A program made the translations under genes and the position numbers. Positions 18,531 to 26,806 of a stretch of 51,359 bases of DNA are shown here, piece after piece. The notes under the pieces were generated by a model. That model saw only the letters and a program-made list of their open reading frames with translations, was not told where the DNA came from and made no database searches. Within the stretch, counting starts at the first letter, position 1. Each line of letters starts with the position of its first letter. Source of the DNA: a virus (lineage: Duplodnaviria; Caudoviricetes); the IMG/VR virus record IMGVR_UViG_3300049596_000773, positions 1 to 51,359 of that record. One strand, written 5' to 3'.

Positions 18531-20303
18531 ATGGCGACCATCACCGTAACGACGTTCTGGAACATGGATTCGCGGAAGTGGACGAGCGACCTGCTTGGCA
18601 CCACGGAGCAAGGACCGTTGGCCGGCCTCGTCCAGGGTGACATCGTGAAGTTCGCCGTGCGGTTCGTGCAAGGCGGCGTAGCGGTGGCGCTGACTGCCCC
18701 GGTCTTCACCGCATCTGGCATAAAGGCGTTGAACGACTTCACCGGCGGCTACCTCATCCAGCTTTCCGCGCCTGTCCTGAGCGACACCACGCTCTATACT
18801 TTCACCGTCTCGCCGCTTAACAGCGCGCAACTGAACACGTTTTTGCAGACGTATCGGAATACGTGGTGTGCGCTGGAACTTTACGACAGCGCCAACGGCA
18901 TACTCACGACTCCATTGGAACTGCAAATCACGCCGGGATACAGCCTGAGCGGGACGCCGACGGACAATGTGGATGGCGTAATTGTCGTCGCCGCTGGCAA
19001 GACCGTAACATTCCCGCTCTCGCTCACGTTCCCGAGCGCGGCGGGGACGAATGGCTACAAGCTGACCACCGACGGCGCAACAACGCTGAGTTGGACGGCT
19101 GACAATGCTGGGGCACCCGGAGGCAGTAACACACAGGTTCAATACAACAACAACGGCGCTTTTGGAGGCTATGCCATCAGCGGCACCGGCAGCGTGGCGA
19201 TGACGACAAGCCCGAGTTTCACCACGCCGAGCTTGGGCGCGGCCACGGCGACGAGCATCAATGGTATCACGATCACAGGCTCGGGCACGCTCACGATGGA
19301 GGGCAGCATCAACACCAGCGTCAACGGCGGATATATCAACACTGGTGGCAACGGAAGTGCTTTTGGTGGCAACATTGACACTTCTAGTGATATAGGAAAC
19401 CAAGCTGGCGGCTCCATTAACACCAGCGGCGGCAGCAGCGGAGCAGGCGGCAGCATAAACACCAGCAACGGTGGCGGAAACATTGACACCACGGCAGGCG
19501 GCAGCATCATCACCGGAGCAGGCGCACTGACTGGCCCAGCCGGCGGCGGCACCATCGCGCTGACTAGCGACATCACCGGCGGCACGCTGGCGGGGAGCTT
19601 CACCACGCTGGCGGTCAACGGGAAAAGCCTGACGCTCGGCGCAAACTTAACCACCAGCGGCACCGACCTCCCGACGTTCGCTTTCCCATCGGCGGCAACG
19701 GCGCGCACCTACACCTTCCCGACGACCACTGCGACGCTGGCGCGCACCGATGCGGCGCAGACGCTCACCGCGACGCAAACCATCTCCGAATCAACGGACA
19801 GGAACGGAGCTGCAGCAGGGGCATCACTGACCATTAGCGGGGCGGCATCCGTAGGGCCAGCCTTTAAGATGTCCACCACTGCGGCAGGCACGTTTAGTGT
19901 ATTTGTCCATGCCACAAACGGGCATACATACGTCGGCACAGCATCGGGTTCGCTTATTGTGACGAGCGGAGTCAACAGCAGTGGATCAACCATGTTCTCG
20001 GTCACAAGTGGCGGCGCTTTTTCCATACCTGGCACGCTCGCCGTCACCGGAGCCACCACGCTGACCGGACTGCTTACGGCCAATGGCGGAATCACACTTG
20101 GAGACGCGCAGAACATCGCGGTCAACACCACGACCGGCACGAAGATTGGCACGGCTACCACGCAGAAGATCGGATTCTGGAATGTCACTCCAGTAGTGCA
20201 ACCAGCCGCCGTGGCGGACAGTAGCGGCGTGCTGATGGACCTGACCACGCAATTCAACGCACTACTCGCCAGACTCCGATCCGCCGGAATAATCGCCACC
20301 TAA
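18531..20303 (+). CDS. Tail fibre / receptor-binding protein
   Basis: Gly/Thr/Ser-rich, with repeated GGxI(N/D)T units, an NTQVQYN motif and the C-terminal NALLARLRSAGII typical of phage fibres. Confidence 0.75.
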   Translation: MATITVTTFWNMDSRKWTSDLLGTTEQGPLAGLVQGDIVKFAVRFVQGGVAVALTAPVFTASGIKALNDFTGGYLIQLSAPVLSDTTLYTFTVSPLNSAQLNTFLQTYRNTWCALELYDSANGILTTPLELQITPGYSLSGTPTDNVDGVIVVAAGKTVTFPLSLTFPSAAGTNGYKLTTDGATTLSWTADNAGAPGGSNTQVQYNNNGAFGGYAISGTGSVAMTTSPSFTTPSLGAATATSINGITITGSGTLTMEGSINTSVNGGYINTGGNGSAFGGNIDTSSDIGNQAGGSINTSGGSSGAGGSINTSNGGGNIDTTAGGSIITGAGALTGPAGGGTIALTSDITGGTLAGSFTTLAVNGKSLTLGANLTTSGTDLPTFAFPSAATARTYTFPTTTATLARTDAAQTLTATQTISESTDRNGAAAGASLTISGAASVGPAFKMSTTAAGTFSVFVHATNGHTYVGTASGSLIVTSGVNSSGSTMFSVTSGGAFSIPGTLAVTGATTLTGLLTANGGITLGDAQNIAVNTTTGTKIGTATTQKIGFWNVTPVVQPAAVADSSGVLMDLTTQFNALLARLRSAGIIAT

Positions 20304-20309
20304 AAACCA

Positions 20310-20744
20310 ATGAAAGACCTATTCACAATTCAAACCGAATCCGGCCAGCTATGGCTCGACATCAAAGCGCAGCTTGACGCGAAAGACGCGCAACTCGCCG
20401 ACCAAGCCACTGAAACGAACCTCGCGCGCCAAGCTGCCACCGACGCTCACGCTGCCGCGCTGGCCGCGCTGGCAGACCAGCACGCCGCAGCTCTCGCACA
20501 AGCCGCAACCGACCAAGCCGCCGCTGTGGAGGCCGCGAAGCTCGCAATCCAAACCAACCTTGACGCGCTCGTGACTGCCGCCGAAACCGCACACGCCAGT
20601 GGCGACTTGGATGCCGTCGCAGCGGTCATCGCGCAAGCCCGCTCCTACACCACCGCAGCGCGCCGGGCGAAGATCGAGGCAGACCTCGCCGCCGCACAGG
20701 CCGCTGCCGCCGCACACGCCGCCGCGCTCGCCGCTCTCGCATGA
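20310..20744 (+). CDS. Ala-rich coiled-coil hypothetical protein
   Basis: ATG just after the fibre stop; ATGA overlap with the downstream gene. Confidence 0.65.
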   Translation: MKDLFTIQTESGQLWLDIKAQLDAKDAQLADQATETNLARQAATDAHAAALAALADQHAAALAQAATDQAAAVEAAKLAIQTNLDALVTAAETAHASGDLDAVAAVIAQARSYTTAARRAKIEADLAAAQAAAAAHAAALAALA

Positions 20745-21412
20745 GCGACGAAACCCACATCGGCGACGCAGCGGTGCGCGAAGGAGTAGCCTACGGCGTC
20801 GGACTGCTTCTGTCCGGGATCGTCGCGTGGCTGGCGCTGGCGAGAAAGCGCATCGCGCAATGGTGGAACGCCGGAAAGGTAGAGCGCGCAGAAAGCGCTG
20901 CCGCGATGCGCTCAATCGCGGAATCGCTCAAAACTCTATCCGCCGATTTCCGCGAGAAGTCCGCGAAGGACGATGAGATCATCGCGACGATTCGGGACGG
21001 CTTTCGCGCTCTTCTGGACGGGCATCGCGTGAACGCCAAAATGGCCGAACTGGCTCTCGAAAGCTCGCCAACTCCGATGTGGAGATGCGACGCGGAAGGC
21101 AATGCCGAATGGGTCAATCCGGCATGCGCGACTTATTTTGGTTTGCCAGTGCGCGAAATGCTGGGCAGCGGATACCAGGCGCGAATCCATCCCGACCATC
21201 GAAGGAAAGTCCGCGAGGCTCTTGACCGGACCATTATGTATCACGAGCCGTATAACGTGGAGTATGCAGTGAGGGGGGAACGAAGCTGGAAAAACAGCTT
21301 CGCCAGCGGCAAGCCGATTTTGTCCGAGGACGGCAAGACGCTGCTCGGCATCCTAGGGATTGTGGAGCCGGTGGACGCCACCACGGAGCGACCGGAGGAA
21401 GACGCCGCCTAG
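20741..21412 (+). CDS. Membrane-anchored PAS-domain protein
   Basis: N-terminal TM helix, coiled coil, then the PAS signature WRCDAEG..WVNPA..YFG....MLG.GY...IHPDHR. Confidence 0.75.
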   Translation: MSDETHIGDAAVREGVAYGVGLLLSGIVAWLALARKRIAQWWNAGKVERAESAAAMRSIAESLKTLSADFREKSAKDDEIIATIRDGFRALLDGHRVNAKMAELALESSPTPMWRCDAEGNAEWVNPACATYFGLPVREMLGSGYQARIHPDHRRKVREALDRTIMYHEPYNVEYAVRGERSWKNSFASGKPILSEDGKTLLGILGIVEPVDATTERPEEDAA

Positions 21413-21446
21413 TCTCGGGCCAGGTTCAGCCCGCGAAAACTTTCCG

Positions 21447-21474
21447 TTGACAGGCGCATAAGCGGGGGCAAAGT
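21447..21474 (+). promoter_or_regulatory. Possible sigma70-type promoter driving the cassette array
   Basis: Perfect TTGACA at 21447 with a weak -10 (CAAAGT), upstream of ATG 21485. Confidence 0.4.
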
Positions 21475-21484
21475 GGGGTCACTT

Positions 21485-21865
21485 ATGAGCGGCATTAAAT
21501 CGGGCGACATTGTGAATTGGCGCACAACAAACGGGCGTGGAAATCCATGCTCACGCCGGGCTGAGGTGTATTTCGCGCCACAAAGCGATACGGTCATGCT
21601 TTACGTCTATGGTCTCAAAAAGCTCAAGCGGGTGCCGCTGTCTGAGGTTCGCGCTATACGCACAGCACAGCCTAAAGTGGAAGCCGTCGCGGAAACCGTG
21701 AAGCGAATGGACTGCCCGAGTGTGATGCGCGAGCACCTGTGGAGCATCGAGCGTGAAGGCATGATCGAATGCCTGTGGTGCTTCCAGAGGCGTCGCTCGG
21801 AGGATAGAGAGCGGCATACCGTGCGCGGTCAACGACTGGCGCAAGAGACGCCACCGAATGCCTGA
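21485..21865 (+). CDS. Hypothetical protein ending inside attC1
   Basis: ORF with a CxxC motif; its TGA lies in the attC1 loop. Confidence 0.55.
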   Translation: MSGIKSGDIVNWRTTNGRGNPCSRRAEVYFAPQSDTVMLYVYGLKKLKRVPLSEVRAIRTAQPKVEAVAETVKRMDCPSVMREHLWSIEREGMIECLWCFQRRRSEDRERHTVRGQRLAQETPPNA

Positions 21866-21946
21866 AACCTTTCGCGCCAGTTCGCTGCACCAAGTGGGTC
21901 GGCGTGTCTGGCGCACGTAACCAAACGCGCGAAGAGCCAAACTAAT

Positions 21947-22189
21947 ATGAAGACACTGCAACCAGAAGAAACAATGTATGCCCTCTACTGCCGACTGGAC
22001 AACAGCCGGGAGTGGTGGGCGCAAGAGACGACCAAAAGCAAGGAGGATGCTGAATACTGGCTCAAGCGAAACCGCGAGCGAGAGACCGGGCGGGTGTATG
22101 TGCTCGTGAAGAAAGTGACGACGTTTGAAGTCATCGACGGCGCGGACTCGGAAGCGCCAGATTCGCCGACCGTGGGAGATCAGAGATGA
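21947..22189 (+). CDS. Cassette hypothetical protein (80 aa)
   Basis: Between attC1 and attC2; ATGA junction inside attC2. Confidence 0.65.
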   Translation: MKTLQPEETMYALYCRLDNSREWWAQETTKSKEDAEYWLKRNRERETGRVYVLVKKVTTFEVIDGADSEAPDSPTVGDQR

Positions 22190-22515
22190 TCGCCGTCCAA
22201 GACATTCCAGATTCAGTGAAAGCTCGCCTCGGCGATCATTCTCTGGATCGACTGGGTAGGTATCTGGAGCGGCGCGCTGCTAACTGTGAGACTGGGAGAA
22301 AGGTATGCCGCGACATGGAGCGGCCGTGGAGCCCGCCTGTGCCGCTCACTGACTCCGAAATAATGGAAATATCCTACAACCTCGACAAGGCGGGCGCGGC
22401 GGAGGAACGACGTGAACGGCGAGCCGCGAAGAAAGCTGAGAACCAGCGGCGCTGCGAGGCCGGGAAGATACCTAACGCAAAGATCAGCGGCGAGACGCCG
22501 CGCCAAGACCTATGA
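22186..22515 (+). CDS. Cassette hypothetical protein (109 aa)
   Basis: Starts in attC2 and stops in attC3. Confidence 0.6.
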   Translation: MIAVQDIPDSVKARLGDHSLDRLGRYLERRAANCETGRKVCRDMERPWSPPVPLTDSEIMEISYNLDKAGAAEERRERRAAKKAENQRRCEAGKIPNAKISGETPRQDL

Positions 22516-22745
22516 AAAACACGACAGACTCAAAACGCGGCGACTCGTTCGCTGCATCGCCGGGTTCGGCAAATAACGGTGAATCGAAGTGGGCGTGGAT
22601 GATGAGATGGTGCCGGGAGAAAGGCGTGTCGCCAGCCAACGCAGCCATGTGGGAACTGGCTGAGAAACGGTGGATCGAAGCTAATTCGCCGAACGTCTCA
22701 AGCTCAGCGGCGACGCCGGGCGAAAGGAGCACCGATGTCCGCTGA
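22512..22745 (+). CDS. Cassette hypothetical protein (77 aa)
   Basis: Starts in attC3 and stops in attC4. Confidence 0.6.
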   Translation: MKNTTDSKRGDSFAASPGSANNGESKWAWMMRWCREKGVSPANAAMWELAEKRWIEANSPNVSSSAATPGERSTDVR

Positions 22746-23553
22746 CCTCCCAAGCCCGGAGTCGTCCGCTGGAGCGCGTGGTTATACCCCGTTGGACGTG
22801 AGCGCCGCGTCGAATCGGGAATTGGAGTGGGAGGCAGGTGCGGAGCTTCGTCCCTACTACCATGCCGAAGGCATCACCATCTTTCACGGCGACTGCCGCG
22901 CGATACTGCCGCGCCTCAAAAAGCTCGACCTGCTCTGCACCGACCCTCCCTACGGAATCGGCTTCGCCGCGATGCCAACCAAGTGGCAGCGCCGCGCCGG
23001 AAAGCAGGCCGAAGCGTGGGACGATGACAGCGCCGAGGAATGGCTGATCGGCATGGCTCGCTCAAAAGCCGAGCGGCAAATCATCTGGGGCGGCAACTAC
23101 TACGACCTCCCGCGCGCCCGGTGCCTGCTCTCGTGGTATAAGCCGGACGCGCCGCCGAGCATGGGCAACGTGGAATACGCCTGGACGAACCTGAACCAAA
23201 ACTCCCGGCAAATCTCGCACTCGATAAGCGCCACGAACGCGGAGCGGCTGGGGCACCCAACGCAAAAGCCGCTGCGCGTGATGCTCTGGACGCTCGGCCA
23301 AGTGAGCGAGGTAAAGAGCGTGCTCGACCCGTGGATGGGAAGCGGGACCACGCTGCGCGCCGCGAAAGACTTGGGACTTCGCGCCATCGGAATTGAGCGC
23401 GAGGAAAAATACTGCGCTATGGCTGTCGAACGACTCGCGCAAAGTGTTCTGTCTTTGGGGGCGGGGGTTGGAGAGTGCGACGCGAACGGCAGTGCGGAAA
23501 AGGGGTATAACGAAAAAGCTGAGCCGCACGCTGGGCTAGGAGGGCCATCGTGA
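22735..23553 (+). CDS. DNA methyltransferase (N6A/N4C, beta class)
   Basis: TDPPYG, HPTQKP, LDPWMGSGTT and IGIE motifs in beta-class order. Confidence 0.92.
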   Translation: MSADLPSPESSAGARGYTPLDVSAASNRELEWEAGAELRPYYHAEGITIFHGDCRAILPRLKKLDLLCTDPPYGIGFAAMPTKWQRRAGKQAEAWDDDSAEEWLIGMARSKAERQIIWGGNYYDLPRARCLLSWYKPDAPPSMGNVEYAWTNLNQNSRQISHSISATNAERLGHPTQKPLRVMLWTLGQVSEVKSVLDPWMGSGTTLRAAKDLGLRAIGIEREEKYCAMAVERLAQSVLSLGAGVGECDANGSAEKGYNEKAEPHAGLGGPS

Positions 23554-24482
23554 GCGCGCAAACTATCCCAGCCCAGAGTGTCGGCTCCAGCGCGTGGTTA
23601 GAGCCCATTCGCGGAGACGGCGCGCCGCACGCAGAATCCGAAGGGGTGGGGGGACTTCGTAAATACTCCGCCGCAGGCCTGACCTTGTATCTCGGCGACT
23701 GGCGCGAGCATCGCGACCTGCTCGCGGGCGTGGATGCGGTAGTGACTGATCCGCCGTATGGATTCGGCTACGACCCGGCGCGAAGCCGCAAGGCCGTGAA
23801 CGTGCAAAGGGGACTGGCGCTCGTTGATCGCGATTGGGCGCAGATTGAAGGCGAAGCCGAGGAGTTCGACCCGCGCCCGCTGATTGATCTCGCGCCGGTC
23901 GTGGTGCTCTGGGGAGCGAACCACTACGCGCACCGGCTGCCGAGCAGCAAGCGGTGGTTCGTGTGGGACAAGCGGGATGGGGTGGCGAGCGACAACCAAT
24001 CTGACGCGGAAATGGCGTGGTGCAATGTCGGTGGCTCCGTGCGGCTGCACCGCCAGCTCTGGCGCGGAATCGCGCGGGCGGGCGAGGAGAACATCGCCAC
24101 GGCTGGCGCGAAGCTGCACCCGCACCAAAAACCGGTCGCGCTGATGGCATGGTGCATGGAGCACGCGAAAATCCCGGTCGGCGCGCTGGTAGCTGACCCG
24201 TATTTCGGGAGCGCCTCGACTGCGATTGCGTGCCTTCGTACGCAACGGCGTTTCGTGGGATTCGAGATTGATCAAGCTCACTTTGACACGGCGGTTGCGA
24301 GGATTCACGGCGAGCTTTCGCAACGGGATTTCTTCACGGGCGGCGGGGGTGGATTTTTGCCTTTAACACCGTCGCCCGAACAGCCGCGCTTGGGCTCTAA
24401 CGAAAAGGTCAGCGACTCGCCGCCGCTGGCTTCCAACAACACGAAAACCGCGAACGGCGAGTTCGCTGCACCGCTTGGTTAG
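23550..24482 (+). CDS. Second DNA methyltransferase (N6A/N4C, beta class)
   Basis: TDPPYG, HPHQKP, ADPYFGSAST and VGFEID motifs. Confidence 0.9.
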   Translation: MSAQTIPAQSVGSSAWLEPIRGDGAPHAESEGVGGLRKYSAAGLTLYLGDWREHRDLLAGVDAVVTDPPYGFGYDPARSRKAVNVQRGLALVDRDWAQIEGEAEEFDPRPLIDLAPVVVLWGANHYAHRLPSSKRWFVWDKRDGVASDNQSDAEMAWCNVGGSVRLHRQLWRGIARAGEENIATAGAKLHPHQKPVALMAWCMEHAKIPVGALVADPYFGSASTAIACLRTQRRFVGFEIDQAHFDTAVARIHGELSQRDFFTGGGGGFLPLTPSPEQPRLGSNEKVSDSPPLASNNTKTANGEFAAPLG

Positions 24483-24495
24483 GCGCGATTGACTT

Positions 24496-24813
24496 ATGAT
24501 AACATACGGAACACCAGAATGGGAAAACCGACAGAGATACAGAACGTATCAATGGAACCAACTCAGAAAACGGTTGATTCGCGATGCGTGTAAAACGTGC
24601 CAGCGATGCCGCGAGCGAAGCTACGGATATGCGGCAAAAGCAAATCCATTGCAAGTTCATCACACCTACTACTTGCGCGACAAGAATCATGCGCCGTGGG
24701 ACTACCCTGACTCTTGCTTTTTGGTGCTTTGCAAGAAATGCCACGAACGCGAGCACGCAACCAACTCGGTTCACTATTATGACGCACACCCGCACGCAAG
24801 ACGTATCGCCTAA
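24496..24813 (+). CDS. HNH endonuclease-like cassette protein
   Basis: CQRC...LQVHH...LCKKCHEREH. Confidence 0.8.
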   Translation: MITYGTPEWENRQRYRTYQWNQLRKRLIRDACKTCQRCRERSYGYAAKANPLQVHHTYYLRDKNHAPWDYPDSCFLVLCKKCHEREHATNSVHYYDAHPHARRIA

Positions 24814-24822
24814 CCACAGAAT

Positions 24823-25137
24823 ATGCGAAGAATGAAATCTTTTTGGCAGCGCAAGCGCGTGAAGACATGCGCGAAAATGCAGCGGTGGCGCGATGCCAAG
24901 GAGCGCAAGCGGCTCGCGTCTGATGAACTTGTTCGAGTCGAATGGCGCGGCAGGCTTGAACATTCCATCACCTTCCACAATCGACTGACCGGCGAAATGC
25001 ACACGTTGGACTTGCGACGCGGAAAACGGCGCGACCAATTCGCCGCCGAGGTGGACGGCAAGCCGTGGCGCGTGCTATCAGCAACGCAGCTTGGCAAGCT
25101 GATCCGAGACAAATTCAAACCGCACATAAGAGAATGA
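24823..25137 (+). CDS. Basic hypothetical protein
   Basis: ORF immediately after the array; ATGA overlap with the downstream gene. Confidence 0.55.
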   Translation: MRRMKSFWQRKRVKTCAKMQRWRDAKERKRLASDELVRVEWRGRLEHSITFHNRLTGEMHTLDLRRGKRRDQFAAEVDGKPWRVLSATQLGKLIRDKFKPHIRE

Positions 25138-25292
25138 AAAAAACCCGATACCCCAACAACATCAAACTAGGCGTGACCAAGCCGCAAGCCGCGTGGATAA
25201 AGCGCGAAGCAAAGGCGCGAGCACTCAGCGAAGCGCAGGTCGTCAGAACGGCTGTTGACCACGCTCGCGGATGCGTTACGGTGCATCAGTGA
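25134..25292 (+). CDS. Ribbon-helix-helix (CopG/Arc-like) DNA-binding protein
   Basis: IKLGVT strand followed by helix-helix AAWIKREAK..LSEAQVVRTAV. Confidence 0.6.
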   Translation: MKKTRYPNNIKLGVTKPQAAWIKREAKARALSEAQVVRTAVDHARGCVTVHQ

Positions 25293-25768
25293 ACCGCCTC
25301 GCCCTACTTGCGGCAATCCTCCTTGCATCATGCCAAAGCGCACCCGTAAAAGCCCGCAAGATCATGGCCCCGGTGGCAGCGAAAGCGGCCAAGGCGGGCA
25401 AGATCGTCGCAAAGCAGACCGGCAGCATCGGGCGATTGAAGGCAAGCGTGGCGGAGTCCGTGGAGGTAGCGGAAAAGCTGAACAAGGAACGCCCGGACGG
25501 CGACACAGCGCGGCTAATCCTTTCCCTCCGCATCGCCGCGTCGGAGACGGATGCGCTTCGTGGATCGAATGAAGAACTCAGACTCACAATCAGCGGAATG
25601 GAGGTCGCCATCGCACAAGCCCAGGACAAGATGGCCGTTGAGATCGCCGGGGCTGAGACGTGGAGGACGTGGGCGTGGCGGTGGTGGTGGGCTTTCGCAG
25701 GCACGGTTGCCAGCGTCGCCGCGCTGGTCTATTTTCGCGCTCAAATCCCATTCCTGAAATTCCTATGA
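25289..25768 (+). CDS. Lipoprotein with coiled coil and C-terminal TM (spanin-like)
   Basis: Signal peptide with lipobox LASC; C-terminal hydrophobic helix; lies in the lysis cluster. Confidence 0.55.
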   Translation: MNRLALLAAILLASCQSAPVKARKIMAPVAAKAAKAGKIVAKQTGSIGRLKASVAESVEVAEKLNKERPDGDTARLILSLRIAASETDALRGSNEELRLTISGMEVAIAQAQDKMAVEIAGAETWRTWAWRWWWAFAGTVASVAALVYFRAQIPFLKFL

Positions 25769-25944
25769 AATTCCCAATACTCGCCGCCGCTCTGCTCTTC
25801 ACCGGCTGCTCAAGCCTCACCACGCGCGAAGCCGACCGCACATGGGAAAGCGTCGGCGAGCCGTGGACGCAACGCCCGCCGACCGGGCCCGACACGGAAC
25901 GCACCGTTGACGCGGACGGAAACCCAAATTTCGGACCGCGATGA
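25765..25944 (+). CDS. Small lipoprotein (o-spanin-like)
   Basis: MKFPILAAALLFTGC lipobox and a Pro-rich tail. Confidence 0.55.
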   Translation: MKFPILAAALLFTGCSSLTTREADRTWESVGEPWTQRPPTGPDTERTVDADGNPNFGPR

Positions 25945-26342
25945 AATTCCTAAAGCTGCTATCCGCCGCATTTGTTTCGCGCAAGTTCCTGATGACAATT
26001 TTCGGGCTGTGCGCCTTGTGGCTCGTTTATTGGAAGCAGGTGGACTACCTGTATTCCTTCGTCGGACAAGGGACGGATATTGTCGCCGCATACGTCTCGA
26101 TCACTCGGGATTTCATGCTGGCCTTTACCGCCGCCGTGCTGGCGTATCTAGGCGTCAACGGCGTGGTGGCGTGGAAACACAACACCGAGAGCGTGCTGAC
26201 TCAGGTGGCGGAAAACGTCAAGAGCGAGCACACCGAAAAGCGCGAGGACATTCAGCGTGTAATTCACGAAAGCGCGGAGCAGTTTCGAGACGACCTGAGC
26301 TATCGCCCCATCCAACCCGACACCGAGGAAACATTCCGATGA
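25941..26342 (+). CDS. Holin-like two-TM membrane protein
   Basis: SRKF followed by two hydrophobic helices; overlaps the endolysin start. Confidence 0.6.
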   Translation: MKFLKLLSAAFVSRKFLMTIFGLCALWLVYWKQVDYLYSFVGQGTDIVAAYVSITRDFMLAFTAAVLAYLGVNGVVAWKHNTESVLTQVAENVKSEHTEKREDIQRVIHESAEQFRDDLSYRPIQPDTEETFR

Positions 26343-26806
26343 CCTGGCCAACCGAAGCGCAGTGCCCGAAATTCTACGGGCCGAAGGGCGAGAACCAAAC
26401 CAGCATTGCGCTGCCGTTTCCGATGGTGCTCGATTGGGACAAAACGAAAACCATTCGCACGATTACCTGCCACGAAAAGGTTGCCGCGCCGATGACGCGG
26501 ATTTTTCAAAACCTGCTGGCTCACTACGGTCTGGAAAAGCTGCGGGAGCTTGGAATCGACCAGTTCGGCGGATGCCTCAACGTGCGCCTCAAGCGCGGGA
26601 GCAAATCGTCTTGGAGCATCCATAGCTGGGGATGCGCCGTGGACCTCGACCCCGACCGCAACGGACTACGCGAGACGAGCAAGACCGCCCGCTTTGCCCG
26701 ACCGGAGTATCTGCCCATGTGGAAGATCATCGAAAACGAGGGCGCGGTCAGCCTTGGCCGTGCGCGCAACTTCGACTGGATGCACTGGCAATTCGCCCGC
26801 CCATGA
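26339..26806 (+). CDS. Endolysin, peptidase M15 family
   Basis: SIHSWGCAVD (SxHxxGxAxD) and DWMHWQ zinc-ligand motifs. Confidence 0.88.
   Translation: MTWPTEAQCPKFYGPKGENQTSIALPFPMVLDWDKTKTIRTITCHEKVAAPMTRIFQNLLAHYGLEKLRELGIDQFGGCLNVRLKRGSKSSWSIHSWGCAVDLDPDRNGLRETSKTARFARPEYLPMWKIIENEGAVSLGRARNFDWMHWQFARP

Larger units (their letters stand above)
21814..24814 (-). mobile_element. Integrase-less attC cassette array: attC at 21814-21903, 22165-22261, 22470-22570, 22688-22787, 23505-23603 and 24395-24484; terminal core at 24808-24814
   Basis: Six 90-101 bp imperfect palindromes with AAC/ACC...GTT/GGT ends and bulged L boxes. The two ends of each intervening unit are mutually complementary. Confidence 0.85.

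Noticed and set aside
22302-22311. GGTATGCCGC complementary to the left end of attC1
   Set aside because: It lies mid-gene with no attC arm beside it; probably chance.
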